Shown: positions 10,693 through 20,621, counted from the first letter of the stretch. The stretch is 64,000 bases of DNA from an uncultured delta proteobacterium (GCA_963808235.1 CAWEEQ010000004.1:704001-768000), one strand, 5' to 3'. Notes: generated by a model from the sequence alone, not told the origin. Program-made: numbers and translations.

Positions 10693-12213
10693 CTAAGACG
10701 GACGGTTGGATAGCTCCATCGCTAATTCGTCTTCGAGACACTGGTGATCGCGTCCGACCGTGGCGATGGCGAGCGTCTTGCCTTCACGCTGAAATGACAA
10801 CCTGCAATTTTGATCTTCGATACTGCCGTCCAGATCGAGCTTATCCCACTTTTCCGCGTGACCGATGTAGTTGAGGGTAAAGTCGAACTGCGTGGTCCAG
10901 AAAAAGGGCACGGTGTCGAACCGTTGTCGCTGACCAAGTATGTTGCGGGCTGCGGTTTGTCCCTGCCGCTGAGCGACGACCCAATGCTCGACGCGAATAC
11001 GATCGCCAGTGAGCGGATCGGGCCAGCGCGCGATGTCGCCCGCGGCGAAGATTCCCGGGACGCTGGTCTCGAGGAACTCGTCGACCAGTATCCCGCGATC
11101 AGTCTCAAGCCCGGCGCGCTCCGCAAGTTCGGTTAGCGGCGTGACCCCGACTCCGATGACCACCAGGCCAGCCTCGATCGTAGCGCCGTCCTTCAGCGTC
11201 ACCTTGCGCTCATCGATCGCGACGACGCCTTGATTGAGGTGAAACACAACTCCCTTGCTTTCGTGAATGCGATGCAGGTATGCGCCGACCTCGGGACCGA
11301 GAACCCTGGCCATCGGGATCGCCTCCGGCGCCACGACGTGGACCTCGAGCTTGCGCTGAATCAACGATGAAGCAACTTCCATCGCAATGAAGCTCGCGCC
11401 TATCAGAACGACGCGTTTGGTCCGGCCGGCCTTGGCGATGATCGTGTCGCAGTCGTTGCGCGAGCGCAGGTAGCAAACATGAGGCAAGTCGGCGCCTGCT
11501 ATCCCGAGCTTCACGGGCTGAGCGCCCATCGCTAGCAGGAGTGAATCGAATTTGCGGCGCCTGCCTTTGACGAGTTCGATGCTTTTGTCACTCGGATCTA
11601 TTGCCGCTACGCGCGTGTTCAACAGCAGTTCGATCTCGTGCTTGCGGTAAAAGTCGGCGGTATGGAGCGGGACCAGCTTCTTACTCGCGGAGCCATTGAG
11701 AAAGTCTTTCGACAGGGCAGGGCGATCGTAGGGAACGCAGTCGTCCGCACTGATTACGGTCAAGTGCCCCCGATACCCTTCATGGCGCAACATTTCCGCC
11801 GCGGCCTCGCCAGCCGCGCCACCGCCAACGATCACGACCGCCTTCGGCGATTTCGCGGAATCGGCAGGTTGCGGTTTTTTCGCGGGCTCTTTTCCACGCA
11901 CGTAGAGCTTGCGGCCGGTCTGCTCAACCTTAAAGCAGGTCACCGGAGCCAGCGCAGGAGCGCGGACGGCCTCACCCGTGCGCAGGCTGAAACATGCATG
12001 ATGCCACGGGCATCGCACCGTTTCTTCAACCATGAGGCCCTCGGCCAGCGGGCCGCCGTAGTGCGTGCAGGTCGCGCCGATGGCGAAGTAGGCGTCTTCG
12101 CGGCGAGCCACCAGGATCGGTTCGCCTTTGAAATGTCCTTGTAACATGGCGCCGTCGGCGAATTTCGTGAGCGAGACGCCACGCGCAAAATCGGGTCCTT
12201 TGGGTTTTTTCAT
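10693..12213 (-). CDS. Rieske [2Fe-2S] plus FAD/NAD-dependent oxidoreductase (AIF-like)
   Basis: CTHYGGPL..CPWHH Rieske motif; GGGAAG, YDRPALSK, AAGDIA, RVEHW, PFFWT. Confidence 0.93.
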   Translation of the reverse strand: MKKPKGPDFARGVSLTKFADGAMLQGHFKGEPILVARREDAYFAIGATCTHYGGPLAEGLMVEETVRCPWHHACFSLRTGEAVRAPALAPVTCFKVEQTGRKLYVRGKEPAKKPQPADSAKSPKAVVIVGGGAAGEAAAEMLRHEGYRGHLTVISADDCVPYDRPALSKDFLNGSASKKLVPLHTADFYRKHEIELLLNTRVAAIDPSDKSIELVKGRRRKFDSLLLAMGAQPVKLGIAGADLPHVCYLRSRNDCDTIIAKAGRTKRVVLIGASFIAMEVASSLIQRKLEVHVVAPEAIPMARVLGPEVGAYLHRIHESKGVVFHLNQGVVAIDERKVTLKDGATIEAGLVVIGVGVTPLTELAERAGLETDRGILVDEFLETSVPGIFAAGDIARWPDPLTGDRIRVEHWVVAQRQGQTAARNILGQRQRFDTVPFFWTTQFDFTLNYIGHAEKWDKLDLDGSIEDQNCRLSFQREGKTLAIATVGRDHQCLEDELAMELSNRPS

Positions 12214-12357
12214 GGCGACTGCTTTCGGGTTGCGGGAAGTCTCTCAATCCTGCAAACAAAGCCTCGTGACTGTCAATTGCAAATTGGATTGGTCCGCCGC
12301 GATTTTCTTGCACGCCGCTTTTGACACCATCAGCTCAATCGATCAGTTTATCGATCC

Positions 12358-13335
12358 ATGAAAGCAGTAATCGTCGAAAAACCGGGAGACGAATCGGTAC
12401 TCAAGATCGGCGAGGTGCCCGAACCCGCCATCAAGCCCGATGAACTCCTGATTCGGGTCCGCGCCGCCGGGCTGAATCGCGCTGACATTCTTCAACGCCA
12501 GGGCTTCTATCCGCCACCGCCCGGCGCGTCGGAAATCATCGGGATGGAATGCGCGGGCGAAGTCGCGGCGGTCGGCGGTGCGGTCACCGGATGGAAGGTA
12601 AGCGACCGCGCGATGGCGCTACTGCCAGGTGGCGGCTACGCGGAGAAAGCCGCGGTGTACCACGGCTCCGCGATGAAGATTCCCGCACTGCTGAGCTTCG
12701 AGGAGGCCGCGGGGCTTCCCGAAGTTTTTCTGACTGCGTTTCTGAATATTTTCATGCTCGCCGATATCAAGAGCGGCGAGACCGCGCTGATTCATGGCGG
12801 CGGCAGCGGCGTCGGCACCGCGTCGATTCTATTGCTCAAAGAAGCGCACGCGCGCTCGATCGTCACCGCCGGCTCCGACGCGAAATGTGAACAATGCCTC
12901 AAGCTCGGCGCCGACGTCGCGCTCAACTACAACTCGGGTCCATTCGCACCGAGCGTCAGGACTGCAACCAACGGTCGCGGCGTTGACGTGATTCTCGATA
13001 GCATCGGCGGCCCATATCTGGCGGGAAATATCGAAGCGCTCGCACAAGGCGGCCGTCTCGTCCTGATCGGGCTGATGAGGGGGACGCATGCGGAAATTGA
13101 CCTGAGCGCAGTTTTACGCCGCCACTTGAAAATATTCGGCTCAACGCTGCGCATGCGCGCGGCCGCGGAAAAAGCGCAAATCGTCGCCGCCTTCCTGAAG
13201 CAGTTCGGCCCCGCTCTGGAAGCCGGTCGCGTGCGTCCGCCGATCTACAAGGTGCTCCCGGCGGCCGACGCCGCAACGGCGCATCGCATGATGCAGGCGA
13301 GCGAGCACTTCGGCAAAATCATCCTCAAGTTCTGA
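12358..13335 (+). CDS. NAD(P)H-quinone oxidoreductase, PIG3 family
   Basis: GLNRADILQRQGFYPPPPGAS, LIHGGGSGVG, HFGKIIL. Confidence 0.93.
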   Translation: MKAVIVEKPGDESVLKIGEVPEPAIKPDELLIRVRAAGLNRADILQRQGFYPPPPGASEIIGMECAGEVAAVGGAVTGWKVSDRAMALLPGGGYAEKAAVYHGSAMKIPALLSFEEAAGLPEVFLTAFLNIFMLADIKSGETALIHGGGSGVGTASILLLKEAHARSIVTAGSDAKCEQCLKLGADVALNYNSGPFAPSVRTATNGRGVDVILDSIGGPYLAGNIEALAQGGRLVLIGLMRGTHAEIDLSAVLRRHLKIFGSTLRMRAAAEKAQIVAAFLKQFGPALEAGRVRPPIYKVLPAADAATAHRMMQASEHFGKIILKF

Positions 13336-13336
13336 G

Positions 13337-13795
13337 ATGACGCACGGACAAATTCGCGTTCGTCGAGCGCGCCTGGGCGACGAACGCGAGATCGAGGGTC
13401 TCTACCGTCAGCTCCACGAAGGCGAGTACACAAGCCCCGGCGTCGCAAAGATGCGGCGCGCGCTGCGCGCCGTGGTGCGCAACCCCGATCAAGTTCTTCT
13501 GGTTGCGATTGAGGACGGTCACATCGTCGGGACGAATCACGTTCTCATCTTCAGGCACATGGCCCGCGCCCTCAGACCGGCGGCGATTGTAGAAAATATG
13601 GTAGTTGATTCGCGCGCCCGCGGCGCTGGAGTCGGAGATCAGCTCATGGCCGCAGCGCTGAAGATTGCGCGCCGTTATGGCTGCTACAAGCTGTCCCTGA
13701 CTTCCAACCGCAAACGCAGAAGTGCGCACCGATTCTACGCGAGATTCGGGATGCGCCAGACTCACTTCGGCTACACGATCTATCTGCCAAAATAA
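13337..13795 (+). CDS. GNAT family N-acetyltransferase
   Basis: VENMVVDSRARGAGVG, GCYKLSLTS, AHRFY. Confidence 0.9.
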   Translation: MTHGQIRVRRARLGDEREIEGLYRQLHEGEYTSPGVAKMRRALRAVVRNPDQVLLVAIEDGHIVGTNHVLIFRHMARALRPAAIVENMVVDSRARGAGVGDQLMAAALKIARRYGCYKLSLTSNRKRRSAHRFYARFGMRQTHFGYTIYLPK

Positions 13796-13798
13796 GCC

Positions 13799-14270
13799 AC
13801 TACGAACGCTTGGTAGTGTCCTAATTCGAAACTCGCTCTAATAGCATCAATGTGGTTGGTGGCCCTATTTGCCCTCTGGATTATTCCTGTACTCGCGTAC
13901 CGTCATACGCGCAGAAGCATCCCGTCACATGCGTATTGCATTACAGGCATGGCATTGGGTTCCGTTGTATCGGCGGCCTCTTGGGGGCACGTACGCCCTG
14001 TACTGGGTCTCGGGCCATTTTGGTTTGATCGCTCTGCCGCTCGGGGCAATCGGCATCGTTGGCTTGGTACTATTGCTGATTCACGGAACTCCGGGGTTTC
14101 TCCTCGCAACGGCACTAGGTTTGCGGAGCGGAGGAGTGGTTCATGGAATTGAGGGCGTCTACATCGAATTTCTCAATGCAATCATTTGGGCAATTGTCTA
14201 CGGTTCGATCGGATATGTGCTCGATAGTGCAAACTCATGGAAGTCGAATCGAAATTAGGACTACGAACGC
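13799..14270. repeat. Inverted and direct repeats bracketing a single gene (cassette/MITE-like)
   Basis: DR ACTACGAACGC at 13799-13809 and 14260-14270; imperfect IR GTAGTGTCCTAATTCGA (13813-13829) versus TCGAAATTAGGACTAC (14249-14264). Confidence 0.55.
13850..14258 (+). pseudogene. Small hydrophobic membrane protein; frameshift at G5 run 13983-13987
   Basis: Hydrophobic segments in two frames join as ..AASWG-TYALYW.. if one G is removed; visibly AT-richer than flanks. Confidence 0.6.
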
Positions 14271-14279
14271 GTCGTTTGC

Positions 14280-14308
14280 TTGACTCTATCGTGGCGCGGC
14301 AATAAGGT
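14280..14308 (+). promoter_or_regulatory. Putative sigma70 promoter
   Basis: TTGACT-N17-TAAGGT. Confidence 0.5.
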
Positions 14309-14336
14309 CGGCACTTCGCCAGAAGGCGAGTATCCG

Positions 14337-14381
14337 ATGAACGTCACCTTTACCATCAATAGCCGAACCCCTACTGGGTGA
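14337..14381 (+). CDS. Putative leader peptide MNVTFTINSRTPTG
   Basis: AGAAGG upstream; lies between a promoter motif and a strong terminator ahead of MFS genes. Confidence 0.4.
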   Translation: MNVTFTINSRTPTG

Positions 14382-14403
14382 GGGATACTTCGAACTCTGG
14401 CTT

Positions 14404-14445
14404 GAAAGAGCCTCGGGCGTCGAAGCCCGGGGCTCTTTCTTTTTT
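14404..14445 (+). terminator. Intrinsic terminator in the 5' leader of the MFS operon (attenuator)
   Basis: 15-bp stem GAAAGAGCCTCGGGC/GCCCGGGGCTCTTTC, 6-nt loop, T6 tail, 30 nt before the MFS start. Confidence 0.8.
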
Positions 14446-14475
14446 CGCGCGTCCAAATCGCGCGATGGAATCTCT

Positions 14476-15789
14476 ATGGACACGGTCGAAAACAATACTG
14501 AATCAAATGATCACGCCGCCTCGCGGCGCTGGAGCATACTATTCCGCCATCGTAACTTCATGAAGCTGTGGGCCGGCGAGACGGTCTCGCTATTCGGCAC
14601 CCGGATGGGCGACGTCGCGATCAGTTTCGCCGCCGTGATCGCGCTCAAGGCAACACCCTTGCAGATCGGTCTGCTCGCAGCAGCGGGAACCGTGCCGACG
14701 CTCGTGCTGAGCCTGTTCGTCGGCGTGTGGGTCGATCGGATGCGCCGTCGCCCGATTCTAATCGCAACTGACATCGGCCGAACTATCATACTGGGCACGA
14801 TACCGCTGGCCGCAATTTTCGGCGCGCTCAGGATGACCCAGCTATACGCGGTGATGCTGGTCGACGCGATCCTCGATCTCTTCTTCTCGGTCGCCTATCG
14901 CTCCTACCTGCCCTCGTTGGTGAACCGCGAAGACCTGCTCGATGCTAACAGCAAGCTCACCGCCAGCGCCGGCGTCGCGGAGGCCGGTGGTTTCGGCCTT
15001 TCCGGCTGGCTCGTCCAGTGGCTGACCGCGCCGTTCGCGATTTTGATTGACGCGATCTCCTTCCTCGCCTCGGCGCTCGCGATCGCGCTCATCCGCACGC
15101 CGGAGCCGACGCCAGCTCCTCGCACCCGAGACTCGAGCGTGTCCCGCGAGATCGCCGACGGCGCGCGCCTGATCTTTTCCGATCGGCGTCTGCGCGCGTT
15201 CGGCGTCAATGCCATCGTCGGCGGATTCTCCAACAGCCTGGTCTCGACGCTCTACATGCTCTTCGTCGTGAACAGTCTCGAATTCAAGCCCGGAATTCTC
15301 GGCGTGATCTTCGCGGTCGGCGGCGCCAGCTCGCTGTTCGGCGCGCTCGCCGCGCGACGCACCGCCGAGGTACTCGGCACCGGAATGGCGATCGCCGCGG
15401 GCGTAGCGGTCAATGGCGTCGCGTTGATGCTGCTGCCGATAGCGCACGGCTCAGGCTATGTCTCAATCGCACTGCTCGTCGCGCAACAGCTGATCGGCGA
15501 CTCCGCCATGACGATCTATTTCATCAACGCAGTCAGCCTGATCCAGGCGATTACGCCGCGCCCGATGCTGGGTCGCGTGAACGCGAGCCTCCGCTTCCTG
15601 AGCCTCGCAAGCGTGCTCGTGGGACAGCTCGTAGCGGGAATCGCGGGCGGAGTGATCGGGCTGCGCGCAACGATCGCGATCGGCGCTGCGGGCCTTTGGA
15701 TCACGGCCGGCATCCTTGCGATCTCAGTGGTCGGTTCGGTCGGCGACATTTCCGGCGCCGCCAGCATTCAGGTTGAAACGGGCAACTGA
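14476..15789 (+). CDS. MFS transporter (DHA3/MefA-like)
   Basis: NFMKLWAGETVS, GVWVDRMRRRPILI motif A, about 12 hydrophobic segments, LGRVNA. Confidence 0.92.
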   Translation: MDTVENNTESNDHAASRRWSILFRHRNFMKLWAGETVSLFGTRMGDVAISFAAVIALKATPLQIGLLAAAGTVPTLVLSLFVGVWVDRMRRRPILIATDIGRTIILGTIPLAAIFGALRMTQLYAVMLVDAILDLFFSVAYRSYLPSLVNREDLLDANSKLTASAGVAEAGGFGLSGWLVQWLTAPFAILIDAISFLASALAIALIRTPEPTPAPRTRDSSVSREIADGARLIFSDRRLRAFGVNAIVGGFSNSLVSTLYMLFVVNSLEFKPGILGVIFAVGGASSLFGALAARRTAEVLGTGMAIAAGVAVNGVALMLLPIAHGSGYVSIALLVAQQLIGDSAMTIYFINAVSLIQAITPRPMLGRVNASLRFLSLASVLVGQLVAGIAGGVIGLRATIAIGAAGLWITAGILAISVVGSVGDISGAASIQVETGN

Positions 15790-17030
15790 TGGCTGTTGAA
15801 GCGAAAAAGGTTGGGGCACCGCAAGTGCACTCGCCGATCCGGTCGATCACTCGCCGCTACTACTGCGTCTGGGGTTTCTATGCCTTCGCGCCCTCGTTCA
15901 TCTTCGCGATCTACCCGCTCTTCCTTCGCTCGCGCGGCCTGAACCAGTTTCAGGTCAACACGGTCGCGGCGACATATTTTCTCGTCACCTTTCTGACCGA
16001 CGTGCCGACCGGCGCGTTTGCCGACGCGATCGGCCGGCGAGTCTCCGTAGTGCTCGGATGCGCGCTGCACGCCGCCGCATTCATCCTCTATTTCTATTCG
16101 TATCACCACTGGCACTTTATCGTGGCGGAGATTTTCGACGGCGTCGCGACCACCTTCGGCAACGGCGCGATCGACGCGTGGGCGGTCGACGCACTCGATG
16201 CGGCGGGATTCGAAGGCGCGAAGGATCGAATGTTCTCGCGAGTTGCACAAATTCTTCGTCTCGGCTCGATGACCGGCGCGCTGCTTGGCGCATACTCGGC
16301 GCGCGGTGACCTCGCGACCCCGTTCCTGCTCGGTGCGATCGCGTGGGTCGTGGCCGGCGGAGTCGGCTTCATCATGATGGACGGGCCGGCGCGAACCGGG
16401 AAACAGTTTTCGATTCGCGCGATGACCGCCGACGTGCGGCGGCGGATGTTCGTCGGCACACGGGCCGGATTCTCGACGCACGCGGTATTCCTGCTGGCCC
16501 TCGCCTCAATGTTTTCGGCGGCTGCGTGGTTTCCCTTCTGGCAGGAGTGGCAACCGTACTTTCACGCACGATTGGGTTCGAGAGTCGAACTGGTCGGATG
16601 GATTCTGGTCCTGTTCAGCCTCGGGCAGATCGCCGGCGCCGAAATGGCTGCGCGGATGCGGTGGGCGCGCGAGCAGCGCGCACTCTACATGACGTGGAAC
16701 GTCGCGATCAGCAGTGCAGTGCTGCTGGCCGGAGGATTGGCCGCGGGCCGAGTCGGGGTCGCGTTCGCGATGTTCATGGTTGCGCAATTCTGTGGCGGCG
16801 CGAGCACGCCGGTCATTCAGAGTTGGTTCAACGAGGAGATCGAGGGCGACAATCGCGCCACGCTGCTTTCGTTCGGCAGCACGTTTGCCACTTTCGGCGC
16901 GACCGCCGGATTGCCGGTGCAAGGACTCATCGTCGACGCGTTCGGCATCGGCTCCGCGTGGCAAGGCGCGGGAGTCCTGGCGATGCTGCAGGTCCCGGTC
17001 TTTCTCGCGCTGCGGCGTAAACGCGGCTAA
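15789..17030 (+). CDS. MFS transporter
   Basis: DVPTGAFADAIGRR motif A, RATLLS, multiple TM segments; coupled to upstream gene. Confidence 0.9.
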   Translation: MAVEAKKVGAPQVHSPIRSITRRYYCVWGFYAFAPSFIFAIYPLFLRSRGLNQFQVNTVAATYFLVTFLTDVPTGAFADAIGRRVSVVLGCALHAAAFILYFYSYHHWHFIVAEIFDGVATTFGNGAIDAWAVDALDAAGFEGAKDRMFSRVAQILRLGSMTGALLGAYSARGDLATPFLLGAIAWVVAGGVGFIMMDGPARTGKQFSIRAMTADVRRRMFVGTRAGFSTHAVFLLALASMFSAAAWFPFWQEWQPYFHARLGSRVELVGWILVLFSLGQIAGAEMAARMRWAREQRALYMTWNVAISSAVLLAGGLAAGRVGVAFAMFMVAQFCGGASTPVIQSWFNEEIEGDNRATLLSFGSTFATFGATAGLPVQGLIVDAFGIGSAWQGAGVLAMLQVPVFLALRRKRG

Positions 17031-17101
17031 ACGCATCCGTTCTTCACATAACTCGTGAGCGTTGGCATCTTCCTTCTGGTAAGATTGCGCGCAAGCATCG
17101 C

Positions 17102-18028
17102 GTGAATCGTAAAGCAATCAAACCAGCCGCGCTGAAGCCCGGCGACACAGTTGCAGTCGTCTCGCCGGCCGCAGCTATCGAGCGCGAGCACCTCGAGCGC
17201 GGAGTCAACTTGCTCGCCTCGATGGGCTTTCGGGTCAAGGTGTCCGAGCGGGCGCTGGCACGCTCCGGAATCCTCGCCGGAGACGACGCCGAGCGCGCGG
17301 CGGAACTCCAATCCTGCTTCGCCGATCCAACGGTCAAGGCGATTTTTTCGGCGCGCGGCGGCTATGGATGCGGACGGCTGATGCCGCTGCTCGACTTCAA
17401 AGCGATCGCGAGCACGCCCAAGGTCTTCGTTGGCTTCTCGGACGCCACCTTTCTATTGAACGCGCTGGTCGATCTTGCCGGCATGGTTTCATTTCACGGG
17501 CCGATGGTGGCGATGGATTTCGCGCGTGGACTGAGCCCGCGCTCGCTCGATCACATGCAACGACTGCTGAACGGCGAACTCCGCGGCTTCGAGCTCGAAG
17601 CGCGCGAGACCGTTCATCCCGGCATCGCGCACGGTGCGGTCATCGGCGGTTGCCTGTCTGTTCTGGTTGCGACAATTGGCACGCCTTACGCGCCGAACTT
17701 CGACGGCCGAATATTGTTTCTCGAAGATACCGGCGAGAAGGCGTATCGAATAGATCGAATGCTCGTGCAGTTGCGCCAGGCCGGCGCGCTCGCGCGGGTC
17801 GCGGGTATTGTCTTCGGCGCGATTCGCGCTATCGACGGCGACGAGTCGGAGAACCGGTTGATCGCGCGTTTCGTCGCGGAACAGACCGCGAACCTCGGAT
17901 GTCCGGTGCTCTATGGAATCGAGGCCGGTCACGGCACCGAGAATTTTACGATTCCATTCGGCGTCGAGGCGCGAATCGATTCGGCCGCGCGGCGAATTAT
18001 TTTTACCGAGCCGGCCGTCGCCCGTTAG
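17102..18028 (+). CDS. ldcA: LD-carboxypeptidase (peptidase S66)
   Basis: VVSPA, ARGGYG, FVGFSD, HGP, ILFLED, GH motifs. Confidence 0.92.
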   Translation: MNRKAIKPAALKPGDTVAVVSPAAAIEREHLERGVNLLASMGFRVKVSERALARSGILAGDDAERAAELQSCFADPTVKAIFSARGGYGCGRLMPLLDFKAIASTPKVFVGFSDATFLLNALVDLAGMVSFHGPMVAMDFARGLSPRSLDHMQRLLNGELRGFELEARETVHPGIAHGAVIGGCLSVLVATIGTPYAPNFDGRILFLEDTGEKAYRIDRMLVQLRQAGALARVAGIVFGAIRAIDGDESENRLIARFVAEQTANLGCPVLYGIEAGHGTENFTIPFGVEARIDSAARRIIFTEPAVAR

Positions 18029-18044
18029 TTGAGGAGAACGCAAG

Positions 18045-19175
18045 TTGGGCTGGAGCGAAGTCGAACGGACCTTCAACGACGCGGTCGAGAAAGGAGTAAT
18101 TCCCGGCGCGACTCTCGTCGTTCGCCGCGGTGCTGACGTTGCGTTCGAGGGTGCGTTCGGATTTCGATCGATCGAGCCGGCCCGCTCGCCTGCAAAAATC
18201 GAGACCGTTTACGATCTTTCGTCGCTGACCAAGGCGCTTGCGACCACGGTGGCCGTGATGATCCTCGCGCGCGACGGCAAGTTCCGCCTTAACGACCGGG
18301 TCACGCGTTTTTTTCCGAACTTCGGGGTGCACGGCAAAGGCACCGTCACATTTCGCCAACTGTTGGCACACTGTTCGGGCCTGCCGGCGTGGCGGCCCTT
18401 TTATCAGCGTATCGCGGAGATCGAAAAAGGCGGGCGGGTCAACTTCATGGCGAGTTTCGGCGCCAAGGAGTTCACCTACGAAGAGATTCATCGCGAGAAA
18501 CTTGAGGCTCCTCCGGCGAGCAAAGCAATATACTCGGATCTTGGCTTCATCGTATTAGGCGAGACGATCGAAAAGCTCGCCAGCGTCGCGCTCAATCGCT
18601 TCTGCCGCGAGAAAATCTTCCGCCCACTCGGACTGCGAGCGACCGACTATATAGACATTTCCCTGGTCCGCTCGCGACGGCTCGAGCCGGTCGCCGACAT
18701 GTTCGCACCGACCGAAGTCTGTCCCTCGCGCAAGCGCTTGCTGGTTGGCGAAGTGGATGACGAGAACGCCTTTGCGATGGGCGGAGTCGCCGGCCACGCT
18801 GGTTTGTTCGCGCCGGTGCGCGAGGTCGATCGGATCGCGCGCGAGCTGATTGCGTGCTACGCGGGACGCTCGGATTTCGTGCCGCAGAAAATAATTCGCG
18901 AGTTTTGGACCCGCGACTCGACCGTCAGCGGCTCGACCTGGGCGCTTGGATGGGACACTCCGTCAACCGAGCGATCCAGCGCCGGGCACCTGCTCTCGCG
19001 CACCTCGGTGGGGCACCTTGGATTCACGGGAACGTCGATCTGGATCGAGCCGGAATCAGAGACTGCGATCTCGATGCTGACGAATCGCGTCCATCCGCGC
19101 CGCGACAACCAGGCTATTCGCGAGTTTCGTCCGAAGATTCACGATCTCATCATGGAAGCACTGATCGGTGGCTGA
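18045..19175 (+). CDS. Serine hydrolase, beta-lactamase/PBP-like family
   Basis: SLTK (SxxK), YSD, LLAHCSGL, GHAGLF, GHLGFTGTS, LTNRVHP; GAGGAG SD. Confidence 0.92.
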   Translation: MGWSEVERTFNDAVEKGVIPGATLVVRRGADVAFEGAFGFRSIEPARSPAKIETVYDLSSLTKALATTVAVMILARDGKFRLNDRVTRFFPNFGVHGKGTVTFRQLLAHCSGLPAWRPFYQRIAEIEKGGRVNFMASFGAKEFTYEEIHREKLEAPPASKAIYSDLGFIVLGETIEKLASVALNRFCREKIFRPLGLRATDYIDISLVRSRRLEPVADMFAPTEVCPSRKRLLVGEVDDENAFAMGGVAGHAGLFAPVREVDRIARELIACYAGRSDFVPQKIIREFWTRDSTVSGSTWALGWDTPSTERSSAGHLLSRTSVGHLGFTGTSIWIEPESETAISMLTNRVHPRRDNQAIREFRPKIHDLIMEALIGG

Positions 19176-20619
19176 TGTTGGCAGCGCCGAACGCCTCGCG
19201 CGCGTTCCCTCCGCGGCAAAGCGCGTACATCTGATCGGCGTCGGCGGCACCGCGATGGCGGCTCTCGCCGGGATGCTCTCCGAGCGCGGGCTCTTGGTCA
19301 CCGGCTCCGACAATCAGCTCTACGAGCCAACGGCGTCATTGTTGCGCAACTCGCGCGTCAAGGTCATCGCCGGATTTTCGCCCGCGAACTTGTCGCCGGC
19401 CCCCGATCTCGTGGTCGTCGGCAACGTGATCATGCGCGTCAATCCCGAGGCGGTCGCGCTGCTCGAATCACCCATACCTTATCTCTCGATGCCCGAAGCG
19501 CTGTGGCATTTCTTTCTCAAGGATCGGCGCGTGCTCATGGTCGCGGGAACGCACGGCAAGACCACCTCAACTGCGATGATGGCGCATGTGCTGCACGCTG
19601 CGGGACGCGATCCCTCGATGCTGGTGGGCGGGGTCGCAAACGATTTCGGCTCGAATTATCGGATCGGCGCGGGTTCCGATTTCGTTATCGAGGGCGATGA
19701 ATACGACACCGCGTTTTTCGACAAGGGGCCCAAGTTTCTGCACTATCATGCTCACGGCGCGATCATTACCGCAGTCGAGTTCGATCACGCCGATATCTAC
19801 CGTGACCTCGAACATGTGAAGGAGAGCTTCCGGGCGCTGGTCGAGCAGCTCGATTCGTCGCGCGTGCTCGCGGTATGCGCTGACTTCCCGCACGCAATCG
19901 AGGTGAGCGCCAACGCGCGGGCGCGTCGTCTCAGTTTCGGTCTTCGCGAAGGCGAGTATCGCGCGACTGAGATCTCGATTGGCGGCGAAGGCGCGAAGTT
20001 TTCGATCACCCATGGAGGAAAACGAATTGTCGACGCCGTCCATCTGCCGATGGGCGGGCGGATGAATGTCGCGAACGCGCTTGGCGTTTATGTTCTGCTC
20101 AGCGCGTTCGGAGTTTCAGACGCCGAGATTCTAAGCGGGTTCAAATCGTTCACCGGCGTCGTCCGCCGCCAGCAGGTGACCGGCGAAGCGAACGGAGTGA
20201 CGGTGGTCGACGATTTCGCACATCATCCGACCGCGATCGGCGTGACACTCGAGGCGATCGCCGAACGGTTTCCCGGACGCCGGATCCTGGCCGCGTTCGA
20301 GCCGCGATCGAATACGGCGCGCCGCAATGTTTTTCAGGATTCATTCGCGGCGGCTTTCGATCTCGCATCGCGCGTGTATCTGGGACCCGTCTATTTCAAG
20401 GAAAACGATCCGATTCCACCCGATCAACGTCTCGCGACGGACGCACTCGCAAGCGCGATCAGCGCCCGCGGCCCGGTCGCGCTGGCATGCGACTCGAACG
20501 ATCGGATCCTCGAGCGCATGCTCTCCGACGCGCGCTCTGGCGACGTTGCGCTCTTCATGTCGAACGGCCCCTTCGACGGTTTGAAGGAGCGATTTTTGGC
20601 GGCGCTGCGAGCCAGGTAG
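19168..20619 (+). CDS. mpl: Murein peptide ligase (Mpl/MurC family)
   Basis: IGVGGTAM, AGTHGKTT, EGDEYDTAFFDKGPKF, EFDHADIY, DDFAHHPTAI, FEPRSNT. Confidence 0.9.
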   Translation: MADVGSAERLARVPSAAKRVHLIGVGGTAMAALAGMLSERGLLVTGSDNQLYEPTASLLRNSRVKVIAGFSPANLSPAPDLVVVGNVIMRVNPEAVALLESPIPYLSMPEALWHFFLKDRRVLMVAGTHGKTTSTAMMAHVLHAAGRDPSMLVGGVANDFGSNYRIGAGSDFVIEGDEYDTAFFDKGPKFLHYHAHGAIITAVEFDHADIYRDLEHVKESFRALVEQLDSSRVLAVCADFPHAIEVSANARARRLSFGLREGEYRATEISIGGEGAKFSITHGGKRIVDAVHLPMGGRMNVANALGVYVLLSAFGVSDAEILSGFKSFTGVVRRQQVTGEANGVTVVDDFAHHPTAIGVTLEAIAERFPGRRILAAFEPRSNTARRNVFQDSFAAAFDLASRVYLGPVYFKENDPIPPDQRLATDALASAISARGPVALACDSNDRILERMLSDARSGDVALFMSNGPFDGLKERFLAALRAR

Positions 20620-20621
20620 GA

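Noticed and set aside
18045-19175. Beta-lactamase-like gene as an antibiotic-resistance determinant
   Set aside because: No signal peptide, and ldcA-mpl context favours cell-wall recycling
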